This document shows, one piece after another, positions 9,138 through 16,591 of a DNA stretch of 64,000 nucleotides (position 1 is its first letter; every line of letters begins with the position of its first letter). The notes beneath the pieces were generated by a model that was not told the DNA's origin, did no database searches, and saw nothing but the letters and a program-made list of their open reading frames with translations. The translations under genes were made by a program, and so were the position numbers. The stretch is from Candidatus Woykebacteria bacterium (GTDB taxonomy: Bacteria; Patescibacteriota; Microgenomatia; Woykebacterales; RBG-16-39-9b): positions 438,208 to 502,207 of the forward strand of contig JBBDPN010000001.1 in the NCBI GenBank assembly GCA_040876265.1. Reading direction: 5' to 3'.

Positions 9138-9386
9138 ATGGCAGAATTTATTGGCGTGCACAAACTTTTACCTGATATGAAAGCGGAAGATGTGGAGGCC
9201 GGCTATCAATCGTATAAAGAATCGGCGATGAAGATGGGTTTGAAGCCTATGCGTGCTCACTACAGCATGGAAAAGGCTGTTGCCTATTGTGAGACGGAAG
9301 CTTCTTCTGCGGAGGAAGTTAGAAAAGCTCACGAAGGTGCTGCAATTCCTTTGGAAGACGTGATCGAAGTAAAGACAATTGAATAA
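9138..9386 (+). CDS. DUF4242 / nickel-binding (SCO4226-like) protein
   Basis: FIGVH..AYCETEASSAEEVRKAHEGA.IP.EDVIEV; SD GGAGGTGA; promoter TTGACA-17-TAAACT (9083-9111). Confidence 0.7.
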   Translation: MAEFIGVHKLLPDMKAEDVEAGYQSYKESAMKMGLKPMRAHYSMEKAVAYCETEASSAEEVRKAHEGAAIPLEDVIEVKTIE

Positions 9387-9427
9387 TTTCTTGACACCTC
9401 AGGCAAACAAACATAAACTTCTTTCAG

Positions 9428-9487
9428 GTGTGGATCATTGAAAAAGGCAAGACGGAACCTATTTTTGTTAGAGCCTACCCTGCCTAA
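9428..9487 (+). pseudogene. C-terminal remnant of a DUF6883-like protein
   Basis: VWIIEKGKTEPIFVRAYPA* resembles the VWII...P.(L/F)VTAYP end of the protein usually encoded upstream of DUF4926. Confidence 0.5.
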
Positions 9488-9500
9488 GAATTGAGTATTT

Positions 9501-9731
9501 ATGTTTAAAGAATTAGATACAGTAGTTTTAACCCACGATATTAAAGACCACAGCCTTGAGGAAGGTGATATTGGTACTGTCGTTCATACTTATGGTGAAA
9601 GAAAGGCTGTAGAAGTCGAAGTAGTAAAAGCTGATGGCACTACTGTAGCTGTACTTACACTTGAACCAAAAGACGTGCGGAACATAACCAGAAGTGAAAT
9701 CCTAAAGGTAAGAGAATTTGCCACCATTTAA
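9501..9731 (+). CDS. DUF4926 domain protein
   Basis: MFKELDTVVLTHDI....L..GDIGTVVH.Y....AVEVE....DG.TVAVLTL signature. Confidence 0.82.
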   Translation: MFKELDTVVLTHDIKDHSLEEGDIGTVVHTYGERKAVEVEVVKADGTTVAVLTLEPKDVRNITRSEILKVREFATI

Positions 9732-9914
9732 ACATTTGGGGCAATAGGATAGGCCTTGAAAACCACAGACCATTCTTTGAAAGTTTCCACCAATTGATCC
9801 ATATTTTTGTCAGAAAATACATGACTAGCGTCAGCTGGGCATATAATTTCGTTCGTAAATATAGAACCAGGGCTCACCATTATTGGTTTTTTGGGTCTGA
9901 AATCAAAAAAGTAA

Positions 9915-10334
9915 TTAGTAATCTTTCAAGGGTTTGGTTTTAATCTCTGGGTCTTTACCTTGGTCCTTGAGATCGTCTGTAACCAAAGTTGCGTTGTATT
10001 GCTTGGCTAAAGACATAAAAGAAGCATCATAGTAGGTAATCTTTTTCTTAAAAGCCAGTTCAAAAGTTTGTTTTGCCAAATCCTCAGTTTCACTGACAAA
10101 GGTAATTGGTAGAGAATAGGCAGGGCCAAGAGAAACATTTGCTTCTTGTGGAGTCAGTTTTTTACTTTTCAAAAGTACATTTCCCACCTCATATCTAGCG
10201 AGTTCCGGGGCAAGTAATTCAACTTTACCGTTTCGAGTGTCTTCAAGAATCAGATTGGCTTTATCAAGGTTATCCTCATCTTTTTTGTTTAACCACTTAA
10301 TAAATACTGAAGAATCTATAACTAGAGTGTCCAT
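9915..10334 (-). CDS. vapC: VapC PIN-domain toxin
   Basis: LVIDSSVFIKW..APELARYEVGNVL..TYYDASFMSLA..LVTDD. Confidence 0.88.
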   Translation of the reverse strand: MDTLVIDSSVFIKWLNKKDEDNLDKANLILEDTRNGKVELLAPELARYEVGNVLLKSKKLTPQEANVSLGPAYSLPITFVSETEDLAKQTFELAFKKKITYYDASFMSLAKQYNATLVTDDLKDQGKDPEIKTKPLKDY

Positions 10335-10337
10335 TTA

Positions 10338-10598
10338 TTAGTGTGATCGGCGGTCCTTTTCCAAAAATTCTGTTGCACTCTCATTTCCTCTTCCAGAAAT
10401 GGCTCTTGAAGCCTCAATTTTTTTCCAAATTTCATCCCAATTCTCAGGAGTTTTATGAGGTTTCATAACAATTTCATCAGGTTTTACTACACTTATTGAA
10501 ACAGCAGACATAGGGTTTACCCACTCAACGGTTTTTCTAATAGAGTCGGGTATGGTTATTTGACCACGGTTCCTTACTATTACAACATTTTTTTTCAT
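10338..10598 (-). CDS. AbrB/MazE/SpoVT-type antitoxin (VapB)
   Basis: RNRGQITIPDSIRK; lies 3 nt upstream of vapC. Confidence 0.85.
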   Translation of the reverse strand: MKKNVVIVRNRGQITIPDSIRKTVEWVNPMSAVSISVVKPDEIVMKPHKTPENWDEIWKKIEASRAISGRGNESATEFLEKDRRSH

Positions 10599-10601
10599 AT
10601 T

Positions 10602-10633
10602 TTCAGAATATAAGATAATCTGAATAATGTCAA
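10602..10633 (-). promoter_or_regulatory. vapBC promoter with operator-like inverted repeat
   Basis: TTGACA-17-TATTCT ending 6 nt before the ATG; TTCAGAATAT..ATAATCTGAA (9/10 inverted repeat). Confidence 0.65.
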
Positions 10634-10657
10634 GAGGTTTCTAAGACACTCCTTTTT

Positions 10658-10980
10658 ATAATCCGCAGGAATTACGTCTTGTCTCCGTGCAGGACATAAT
10701 CGCAGATTACATCTGCTCTTGTATCGCAAGAGCGATATACTGTCTCATTTGTCTCACTTCGACCTCGCGATTCGACTGAGCTTGTCGAAGTCTCAGTACA
10801 GGCATTTAGCCTCGAGGATGAGACACGATAATTGCGACTATAATCGTCCTCGATTACATCTCGCCGCTTGAAACTCTGCGAGTTATAGCGATTGAACTGA
10901 CCGAGACCCCCAATGCTTCACCATGGTTCGACAGGCTCACCATTTGGTGAGTGAGGCAAATCAATTGTGAGATGGGGGAT
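10658..10980. ncRNA. Putative structured non-coding element with three ATAATC-loop-GATTAC(A/G)TCT units
   Basis: Units at 10658-10679, 10696-10714 and 10840-10861. Additional stems GCTCTTG/CAAGAGC, TGTCTCAT/ATGAGACA, CCCCCA/TGGGGG. No credible ORF. Confidence 0.4.
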
Positions 10981-11009
10981 GAGAAGTTTACCCTGAGTCT
11001 ATCGAAGGG
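10774..11009. repeat. Three REP-like short repeats, consensus (C/G)TGAGYYTRTCGAA
   Basis: GACTGAGCTTGTCGAAGTC (10774-10792); TGGTTCGACAGGCTCACCA (minus strand, 10924-10942, flanked by TCACCAT direct repeats); CCCTGAGTCTATCGAAGGG (10991-11009). Confidence 0.7.
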
Positions 11010-11028
11010 AATCCCGCCGGGGTCACCA
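11009..11028 (+). mobile_element. tRNA 3'-end duplicate (tRNA-Glu-like), probable att site closing the genomic island
   Basis: GAATCCCGCCGGGGTCACCA is a T-loop end, T-stem, acceptor strand and ACCA with no 5' half. Accessory genes lie to the left and housekeeping genes to the right. Confidence 0.7.
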
Positions 11029-11102
11029 ATATCACTTGACACCAGTTGAGAAAATAGGGTACCTTAGTACAGAGGAGGACTGCCTGACTCTGGTAGTTTT
11101 TT

Positions 11103-11882
11103 ATGGCTGAGTTTCCAACTGACCCAACAAAACCAAACGACCCAACTGCTCCAGGAGAGACAAATTTGCCAACCGATATTCCAGCTGGAGCTAGTACGCA
11201 GCCACAACCACCAGCTCCTTCATCTACGACGGCGCCAACTAGCGCCGCTCCACAACCACCAAATCCTAGTCCCTCACCGCCGCCAGTACAAAATAACGAC
11301 ACTAGTTCACAAATGCCAGCTGCCGCACCGTCTCCCTCGGAGCAGTCGAATATTCCGGATCCTCCCCAACCAACTACGGGACCAACATCACCTGTACAAA
11401 TACCAGGGGACCCAGCTTCTACTCCAACCCAAACACCAGACCCTGCGTCTCAACCTGCACCTTCAGTCGTAACCACCGAACCTACGGACCCGGCTCCAAT
11501 ACCGCTTGCTTCCGAAACAACACCAGAACCCTCTCAACCACCGCCACCAAGCGCTGAGACAACACCCCCACCGGATCCGGGTATGAGTAGTGCAGAAGAG
11601 GTAGGACCACCATGGATGCGCACTGACCCAAACGTTCGGGCATCGCAAGATGCTGCTGGTGGAGAGACTCCAAATGCGGATCTTGCTCCAGGACCTGTTT
11701 CACCCGAAGCACTTCCCCCCTGGCAACAAGCCAGTCAAGGGTTAGGCACGCAAGTAGAAACAGATGATCCAGAAGCAAAAGAAGGACATTTTCCGGTTAT
11801 CATTTTTGTCATTTTAGTTTTGGGTATAATTGTGGCGATTGGTGTCTTCCTTTTCACCCAAGGCGTTCTACCTTTCAGTTAG
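11103..11882 (+). CDS. Pro/Thr/Ser-rich disordered protein with C-terminal transmembrane anchor
   Basis: Low-complexity P-rich body ending FPVIIFVILVLGIIVAIGVFLF; promoter TTGACA at 11036. Confidence 0.75.
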   Translation: MAEFPTDPTKPNDPTAPGETNLPTDIPAGASTQPQPPAPSSTTAPTSAAPQPPNPSPSPPPVQNNDTSSQMPAAAPSPSEQSNIPDPPQPTTGPTSPVQIPGDPASTPTQTPDPASQPAPSVVTTEPTDPAPIPLASETTPEPSQPPPPSAETTPPPDPGMSSAEEVGPPWMRTDPNVRASQDAAGGETPNADLAPGPVSPEALPPWQQASQGLGTQVETDDPEAKEGHFPVIIFVILVLGIIVAIGVFLFTQGVLPFS

Positions 11883-11898
11883 AGCTTCAGTTTTTTGA

Positions 11899-12591
11899 TC
11901 AACGGCCAAAGTTTCTCACTCTATTAGAAAAATCCGCCGCTATTTTTTTCAACTCCTTTTCGCTAAAATCTGGCCAAAGTGTATCTGTAAAATAAAGTTC
12001 CGAATAGACAGACTGCCAAAGTAGGAAATTGGATAGCCTTCTTTGCCCACCGGTTCTGATGATCAAATCTGGGTCGGGTACACCGGTTGTGTAGAGGTAT
12101 TTTTCTATACTCTCACTTGTTACAGTCCTGGATGGCTTATTTATTTTTCTGACGGCCTGAACGATTTCATCTCGGCTACCGTAATTTAAAGCGATACTTA
12201 AAAAAAGGTCGTTGTTCTTAGATAATCTTTTTTCAACGTCCTTTGCTGTTTTTTGGATATCTACTGGCAAACCACCTAGATCACCAATAAATCTAACCTG
12301 GACTCCGTTCTCCTTCAACATAGGCAGCTTTTCGGCTAATCCCTTTTTTATCAACGAAAACAGAAATGAAATTTCCAGCTTACTTCTCTCCCGAATATTT
12401 TCGGTCGAAAGAGCGTAAACAGTAAGATATTTAACACCTAGCTTTTTTGCTCCTTTCACAGCGCTCTCAAGCGCCTCTAGGCCAGCCTCGTGACCTTTAT
12501 AAGCAGACACCTTTTTTGCCTCTGCCCAGCGGCGATTACCGTCCATAATTATGGCAACGTGTCTTGGAACGACTTTTTTCACGGGACTCAT
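11899..12591 (-). CDS. uppS: Undecaprenyl diphosphate synthase
   Basis: HVAIIMDGNRRWA, YALSTEN, NYGSRDEI, PDLIIRTGG.RLSNFLLWQ. Confidence 0.95.
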   Translation of the reverse strand: MSPVKKVVPRHVAIIMDGNRRWAEAKKVSAYKGHEAGLEALESAVKGAKKLGVKYLTVYALSTENIRERSKLEISFLFSLIKKGLAEKLPMLKENGVQVRFIGDLGGLPVDIQKTAKDVEKRLSKNNDLFLSIALNYGSRDEIVQAVRKINKPSRTVTSESIEKYLYTTGVPDPDLIIRTGGQRRLSNFLLWQSVYSELYFTDTLWPDFSEKELKKIAADFSNRVRNFGR

Positions 12592-12663
12592 TATATATCA
12601 CGGTAAGTGCGCTCAAGCAACTTTGACTTGAAAATGGAAAAAGTTTAAACTAGAAATACTCTG

Positions 12664-13797
12664 ATGAAAAAAACTGCCCCGGCTCCAAAAAACTCTAATG
12701 TCCCAGCAAAACCCAACCATCCTGAGGCACAAGAAAGCGGCGAGAATCTTCTGAGCGAAGTACAAGTATTACTGGATAAAGTTCACAATTCTCACGTTCC
12801 CCCAAACTTAAAAACAGAGCTTACCGAAACGTTAAATAGGCTCAACCGGGCAATGCAGCATTCGTTTTATCAAGTTGAGTTTGAGCAGACCACCAGATAC
12901 GTAGAGTGGCTACTTGCCATACCTTGGGGTGAACGTAGTAGCGATAATCTTGACCTGCAAAAGGCCAAAGAGATACTGGATAAAAATCATTTTGGTCTGG
13001 ACCATATCAAAGAGCGGGTACTTGAGTACTTATCGGTGCTGAAGCTACAGGCAGAACACGAGAAAACTGGAGTGGTAACGCTTTCCCGATCGCCAGTTCT
13101 CTGTTTCGTTGGTTTACCTGGAACTGGAAAGACTTCTCTAGGGGCCTCAATTGCCGAAAGTTTAGGTAGAAATTTCATCCGCCTCCCGATGGGAGGTTTG
13201 GCGTCTACTCTTATTTTACGTGGCCAAACCCGAGCTTACCCGGAGGCCGAACCAGGAAGTCTAGTAAAGGGATTGGCAAGAGTAGGGACAAAAAATCCAG
13301 TTATACTACTGGACGAGATAGATTCAATTGCGCAGGGCGCGGAAAGTGACGTCATGGGTGTGCTGCTTGAGTTGCTTGACCCCGAGCAAAACAGTGCTTT
13401 CGTTGACTATTATGTCGATCACCCCGTTGATCTTTCCGAAGTGCTTTTTGTTTGCTCCGCCAACAAAATTGGTGGTATATCTTCAGCTGTCATGGATCGG
13501 TTGGAAATAATTATTATGCCCCGCTACAGCGAAGAAGATAAAATTCAAATAGCTAGGGATTATCTTTTTCCCAAGGAACTACAAAACGTTTCTTTGGATG
13601 AAAATATAGTCACTATCGCCGATGATGCTTGGCCACACATTATCAAACCATTTGGTTATGATATAGATATCAGAGCCTTGCAAAGGACAATCAACGGGAT
13701 ATTGAGAAAAGTGGCAAAAAAATACGTAGAAGGAAAGATAAGTCAGGTAACGATTTCCGCCGCCACACTGCCAGAATTCCTCCCCGAATTTGTTTAA
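12664..13797 (+). CDS. Lon-like AAA+ ATPase lacking the N-terminal and protease domains
   Basis: HFGLDHIKERVLEYL, GLPGTGKTS, NPVILLDEID, LLELLDPEQN..FVDYY, MDRLEII. The ORF ends right after the AAA lid. Confidence 0.85.
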   Translation: MKKTAPAPKNSNVPAKPNHPEAQESGENLLSEVQVLLDKVHNSHVPPNLKTELTETLNRLNRAMQHSFYQVEFEQTTRYVEWLLAIPWGERSSDNLDLQKAKEILDKNHFGLDHIKERVLEYLSVLKLQAEHEKTGVVTLSRSPVLCFVGLPGTGKTSLGASIAESLGRNFIRLPMGGLASTLILRGQTRAYPEAEPGSLVKGLARVGTKNPVILLDEIDSIAQGAESDVMGVLLELLDPEQNSAFVDYYVDHPVDLSEVLFVCSANKIGGISSAVMDRLEIIIMPRYSEEDKIQIARDYLFPKELQNVSLDENIVTIADDAWPHIIKPFGYDIDIRALQRTINGILRKVAKKYVEGKISQVTISAATLPEFLPEFV

Positions 13798-13799
13798 CC

Positions 13800-15902
13800 C
13801 TAAGCTAGCTGCGTATTACGTAGTGTAAGCGCATTTATTACAACAATGACCGAGCTGGCACTCATAAGTAGAGCCGCCCATTCAGGGCGAAGTAATATCC
13901 CAAAGGAGAACAACAAGCCAGCCGCTACTGGAATGGCGATCACATTGTAACCAGCTGCCCACGCTAGGTTTTGTTTCATTTTGGTATTGGTTTTTTGCGA
14001 AAGTTTGATCGCTTTGACCACATCCCTGGGATCATCCTTTACGAGAACGATTTCTGCTGCTTCGATCGCGACATCGGTCCCCGCTCCAATCGCAATACCT
14101 ACGTGGGCTTGCGTCAGAGAGGCAGCATCGTTCACCCCATCACCCACCATAGCTACTACGTTACCGTCCTTCTGGAGCTCCTTAACCTTATTCACCTTAT
14201 CCTCTGGCAGTACTTCCGCAAATACAGTATCTATATCCAATCTTTTAGAAACAGAGTCGGCAATTGCTTTATTATCACCAGTTAGCATAGCGGTTTTTAT
14301 ACCCATTTTTTTCAGAGCTCTTATCACTTCTGGAGATTCTTTACGAATGATATCTTCCAACGCTAAGATGCCTGCTAATTTTTTATCAACAGCTACCCAA
14401 ATGAGGGTCTTATCTTTTGCCAGTATCTTTATTTTTTCTTCATGCCGCTTTGTGTCAAACCCAGACTCTTCCATCAAAATCTTGTTACCAAGTATCACTT
14501 CTTTACCATCGACTACTCCTTTTGCCCCTTTTCCTGGTACAGATTGAAATTTTTTAGCGGGTTCAAAAGAGACCTTTCTCTTTTTAGCCTCATCGACTAC
14601 TCCTACTGCAATCGAGTGCTGGGAGTGAAATTCCACAGCAGCGCCGAATTTTAGTAAATCTGCTTCAGAAGTATCTGAAAGAGCAGTTACTTCGCTTACA
14701 CCAAATTTACCTTCGGTCAAGGTACCAGTTTTATCAAAGACTACGTAGGACAGATTTCTAGCAATTTCGGCGGCTCTCATATCCCGTATTAAAATACCGT
14801 TCTTGGCTGCAAGGGACGTCGTTATGGTCGTTACAGTAGGTATAGCCAATCCCAGAGCGTGTGGGCAAGCAATTACTACTACTGATATAGCCAAAGTGGC
14901 GGCAAATATAGCTGGAACCGTAGTTTGTGGGGCAATAAAAAACCAAAATACAAATGTGGATACGCCAACAATTACTGCCGTAAAGGTCAAGTATTTCGCC
15001 GCTGTATCAGCCAATTTTTGTACCGGGGGTTTTGTCTCTTGTGCTTCTCGGATGAGTTCCATCATTTGGGAAATCGCAGTGTCCTCCCCAGTCTTGGTAA
15101 CTTCGATGGTTAAAGATCCATCGTTATTGATTGTCCCACCAATCACTCCATCTCCTGTTTTTTTATCTACCGGTCGGCTCTCCCCAGTGATCATAGCCTC
15201 ATTTACACTAGATTCGCCACCGAGGACCTTACCGTCAATCGGTATTTTTTCCCCTGGTTTAATCAGTATTAAATCGCCCTTTTTAAGCTCCTCCGTTTCC
15301 ACGTCTCTTGTTACTTGTTTCTTGTTACTTGTCTCTATTTTATGAGCGGTCGGAGGAATTAGCTTGGCAAGCTCGGCCAAAGCCCCGCTAGCACCACGCA
15401 CGGCTCTCATTTCCATCCAATGACCAAAAAGAAACGCGAGTACAAGAGTGGAAATTTCCCAATAAAGGCTCTCTCCGGGAAAAATGAAAGTGGCCGCGAC
15501 ACTGAAGATATAACCGGAAAGTACTGCAAGCGAAACAAGAGTCATCATCGCAAAGCTGCGAGTTTTGATTTCTCCAACCGCCATTTGGTAAAAAGGGAGG
15601 CCGGCATAAAGGACGATTATTGAAGCCAGTGCAAAGAGAACGATTTCTCTGCCTGGGAAATCGATAGAAAATCCAAACCATTGCTGGATCTTTGGAGATA
15701 GGGCCAACACAATTATTGTGAGCGGTAGCGCGATGAAAAACCTGCGTTTGAAAGCTTCTTCCATCCCAACGTGTTTACCACCATGTTCATGTTTTTCTAG
15801 CTTCATACCACACTTTGGGCAATCGCTGGGAGTTTTCTTTACCACCTCTGGGTGCATTGGGCAGGTGTAAACATTCGAGTTGTGATCACTTTGCATGTGC
15901 AT
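13800..15902 (-). CDS. copB: Copper-translocating P1B-type ATPase (CPH motif, CopB-like)
   Basis: N-terminal YTCPMHP..CPKCGM, TGES, CPHALGLA, DKTGTLT, GDGVNDA. Start placed at MHMQSDH. Confidence 0.9.
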   Translation of the reverse strand: MHMQSDHNSNVYTCPMHPEVVKKTPSDCPKCGMKLEKHEHGGKHVGMEEAFKRRFFIALPLTIIVLALSPKIQQWFGFSIDFPGREIVLFALASIIVLYAGLPFYQMAVGEIKTRSFAMMTLVSLAVLSGYIFSVAATFIFPGESLYWEISTLVLAFLFGHWMEMRAVRGASGALAELAKLIPPTAHKIETSNKKQVTRDVETEELKKGDLILIKPGEKIPIDGKVLGGESSVNEAMITGESRPVDKKTGDGVIGGTINNDGSLTIEVTKTGEDTAISQMMELIREAQETKPPVQKLADTAAKYLTFTAVIVGVSTFVFWFFIAPQTTVPAIFAATLAISVVVIACPHALGLAIPTVTTITTSLAAKNGILIRDMRAAEIARNLSYVVFDKTGTLTEGKFGVSEVTALSDTSEADLLKFGAAVEFHSQHSIAVGVVDEAKKRKVSFEPAKKFQSVPGKGAKGVVDGKEVILGNKILMEESGFDTKRHEEKIKILAKDKTLIWVAVDKKLAGILALEDIIRKESPEVIRALKKMGIKTAMLTGDNKAIADSVSKRLDIDTVFAEVLPEDKVNKVKELQKDGNVVAMVGDGVNDAASLTQAHVGIAIGAGTDVAIEAAEIVLVKDDPRDVVKAIKLSQKTNTKMKQNLAWAAGYNVIAIPVAAGLLFSFGILLRPEWAALLMSASSVIVVINALTLRNTQLA

Positions 15903-16038
15903 CTGTTTCCTCACCATCCTTTTCCTTCTCAACCATAAACATTCCACACTTAGGGCACTTTCCAGGTTCAGTGGATTGAACCTCTGGATGCATGGTACAA
16001 GTGTAGCTATTTATATCTGAATGTTTTTGTTTGTCCAT
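15886..16038 (-). CDS. Stand-alone heavy-metal-binding domain protein (50 aa, not in ORF track)
   Basis: MDKQKHSDINSYTCTMHPEVQSTEPGKCPKCGMFMVEKEKDGEETDAHAK; overlaps the ATPase start. Confidence 0.75.
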   Translation of the reverse strand: MDKQKHSDINSYTCTMHPEVQSTEPGKCPKCGMFMVEKEKDGEETDAHAK

Positions 16039-16051
16039 TTCTGAAAACCCT

Positions 16052-16240
16052 TTACTTTTTTTGAATTTGTTTCCAAAGCCAGACGATCCCTAGAACCAAA
16101 GCTATAATTACTAAAACCCAACTAATCCACCAGAATATCATCATAGTCCCAAACATAAAATTAGAATCACCACCCATATGACCAAAATAGATGGGTTCGG
16201 CTGAACCTGTTGCCTGATAAAACATGTGGGCTATTTCCAT
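16052..16240 (-). CDS. Small Met/His-rich single-pass membrane protein in the copper operon
   Basis: MEIAHMF..GHMGG..MMIFWWISWVLVIIALVLGIVWLW; SD GGAGGTGA. Confidence 0.7.
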   Translation of the reverse strand: MEIAHMFYQATGSAEPIYFGHMGGDSNFMFGTMMIFWWISWVLVIIALVLGIVWLWKQIQKK

Positions 16241-16245
16241 TTTTT

Positions 16246-16506
16246 TCACCTCCTTTTGAATATCTCGACAATTTCCTTTACGGATTTTTCGCTTTCGTTG
16301 CCTTTGAAGGAGGGGACGACACACGTGTGAAGATGAGAATCAAGGATAATTTCTTCAATTTTTTTGAGTGACCCTTTTACGGCCTCTGTTTGTTGCAAGA
16401 CATCGATGCAATATCGATTATCATTCACCATTTCAGCAATTTTTTTCACATGACCGCTAGTTATATTCAATCTTTTGATCACGTCTTTTTTTGTTTCATT
16501 TCTCAT
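16246..16506 (-). CDS. csoR: CsoR/RcnR-family copper-sensing repressor
   Basis: RLNITSGHV..YCIDVLQQ..HLHTC (Cys-His-Cys ligands); first gene of the Cu-ATPase operon. Confidence 0.88.
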   Translation of the reverse strand: MRNETKKDVIKRLNITSGHVKKIAEMVNDNRYCIDVLQQTEAVKGSLKKIEEIILDSHLHTCVVPSFKGNESEKSVKEIVEIFKRR

Positions 16507-16512
16507 AGTTCT

Positions 16513-16541
16513 ATCCTACCCTGTAGGGTAGGGTCTGTCAA
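16513..16541 (-). promoter_or_regulatory. csoR promoter with CsoR-type operator
   Basis: TTGACA-17-TAGGAT ending 6 nt before the ATG. Palindrome CCTACCCT-GT-AGGGTAGG at 16515-16532 has the G/C tracts typical of CsoR sites. Confidence 0.8.
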
Positions 16542-16591
16542 TAGAGTAAAAGTACACACCACGATCAAGTTCTTTCTTGGAGTTAACCTGT

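Noticed and set aside
6030-9500. Classical integron cassette array
   Set aside because: No attC-like RYYYAAC..GTTRRRY imperfect palindromes and no intI seen. The junction motif is promoter-like.
9728-9880. Minus-strand 50-codon ORF MVSPGSIFTNEIICPADASH..
   Set aside because: No SD, promoter or recognisable family. It may be a gene remnant but cannot be supported.
10658-10861. CRISPR array from the three repeated units
   Set aside because: Units are short, unequal and irregularly spaced, and no cas genes are present.
10900-11028. Complete tRNA or tmRNA (GGGGGATG at 10974, ..ACCA at 11028)
   Set aside because: No matching 5' acceptor strand with D and anticodon arms at the right spacing, and no tmRNA-type end. 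Only a 3' tRNA fragment is supported.
10854-11302. Minus-strand ORFs 10854..11042 and 10988..11302
   Set aside because: They are read-throughs of REP/tRNA-fragment DNA and the antisense shadow of the Pro-rich gene.
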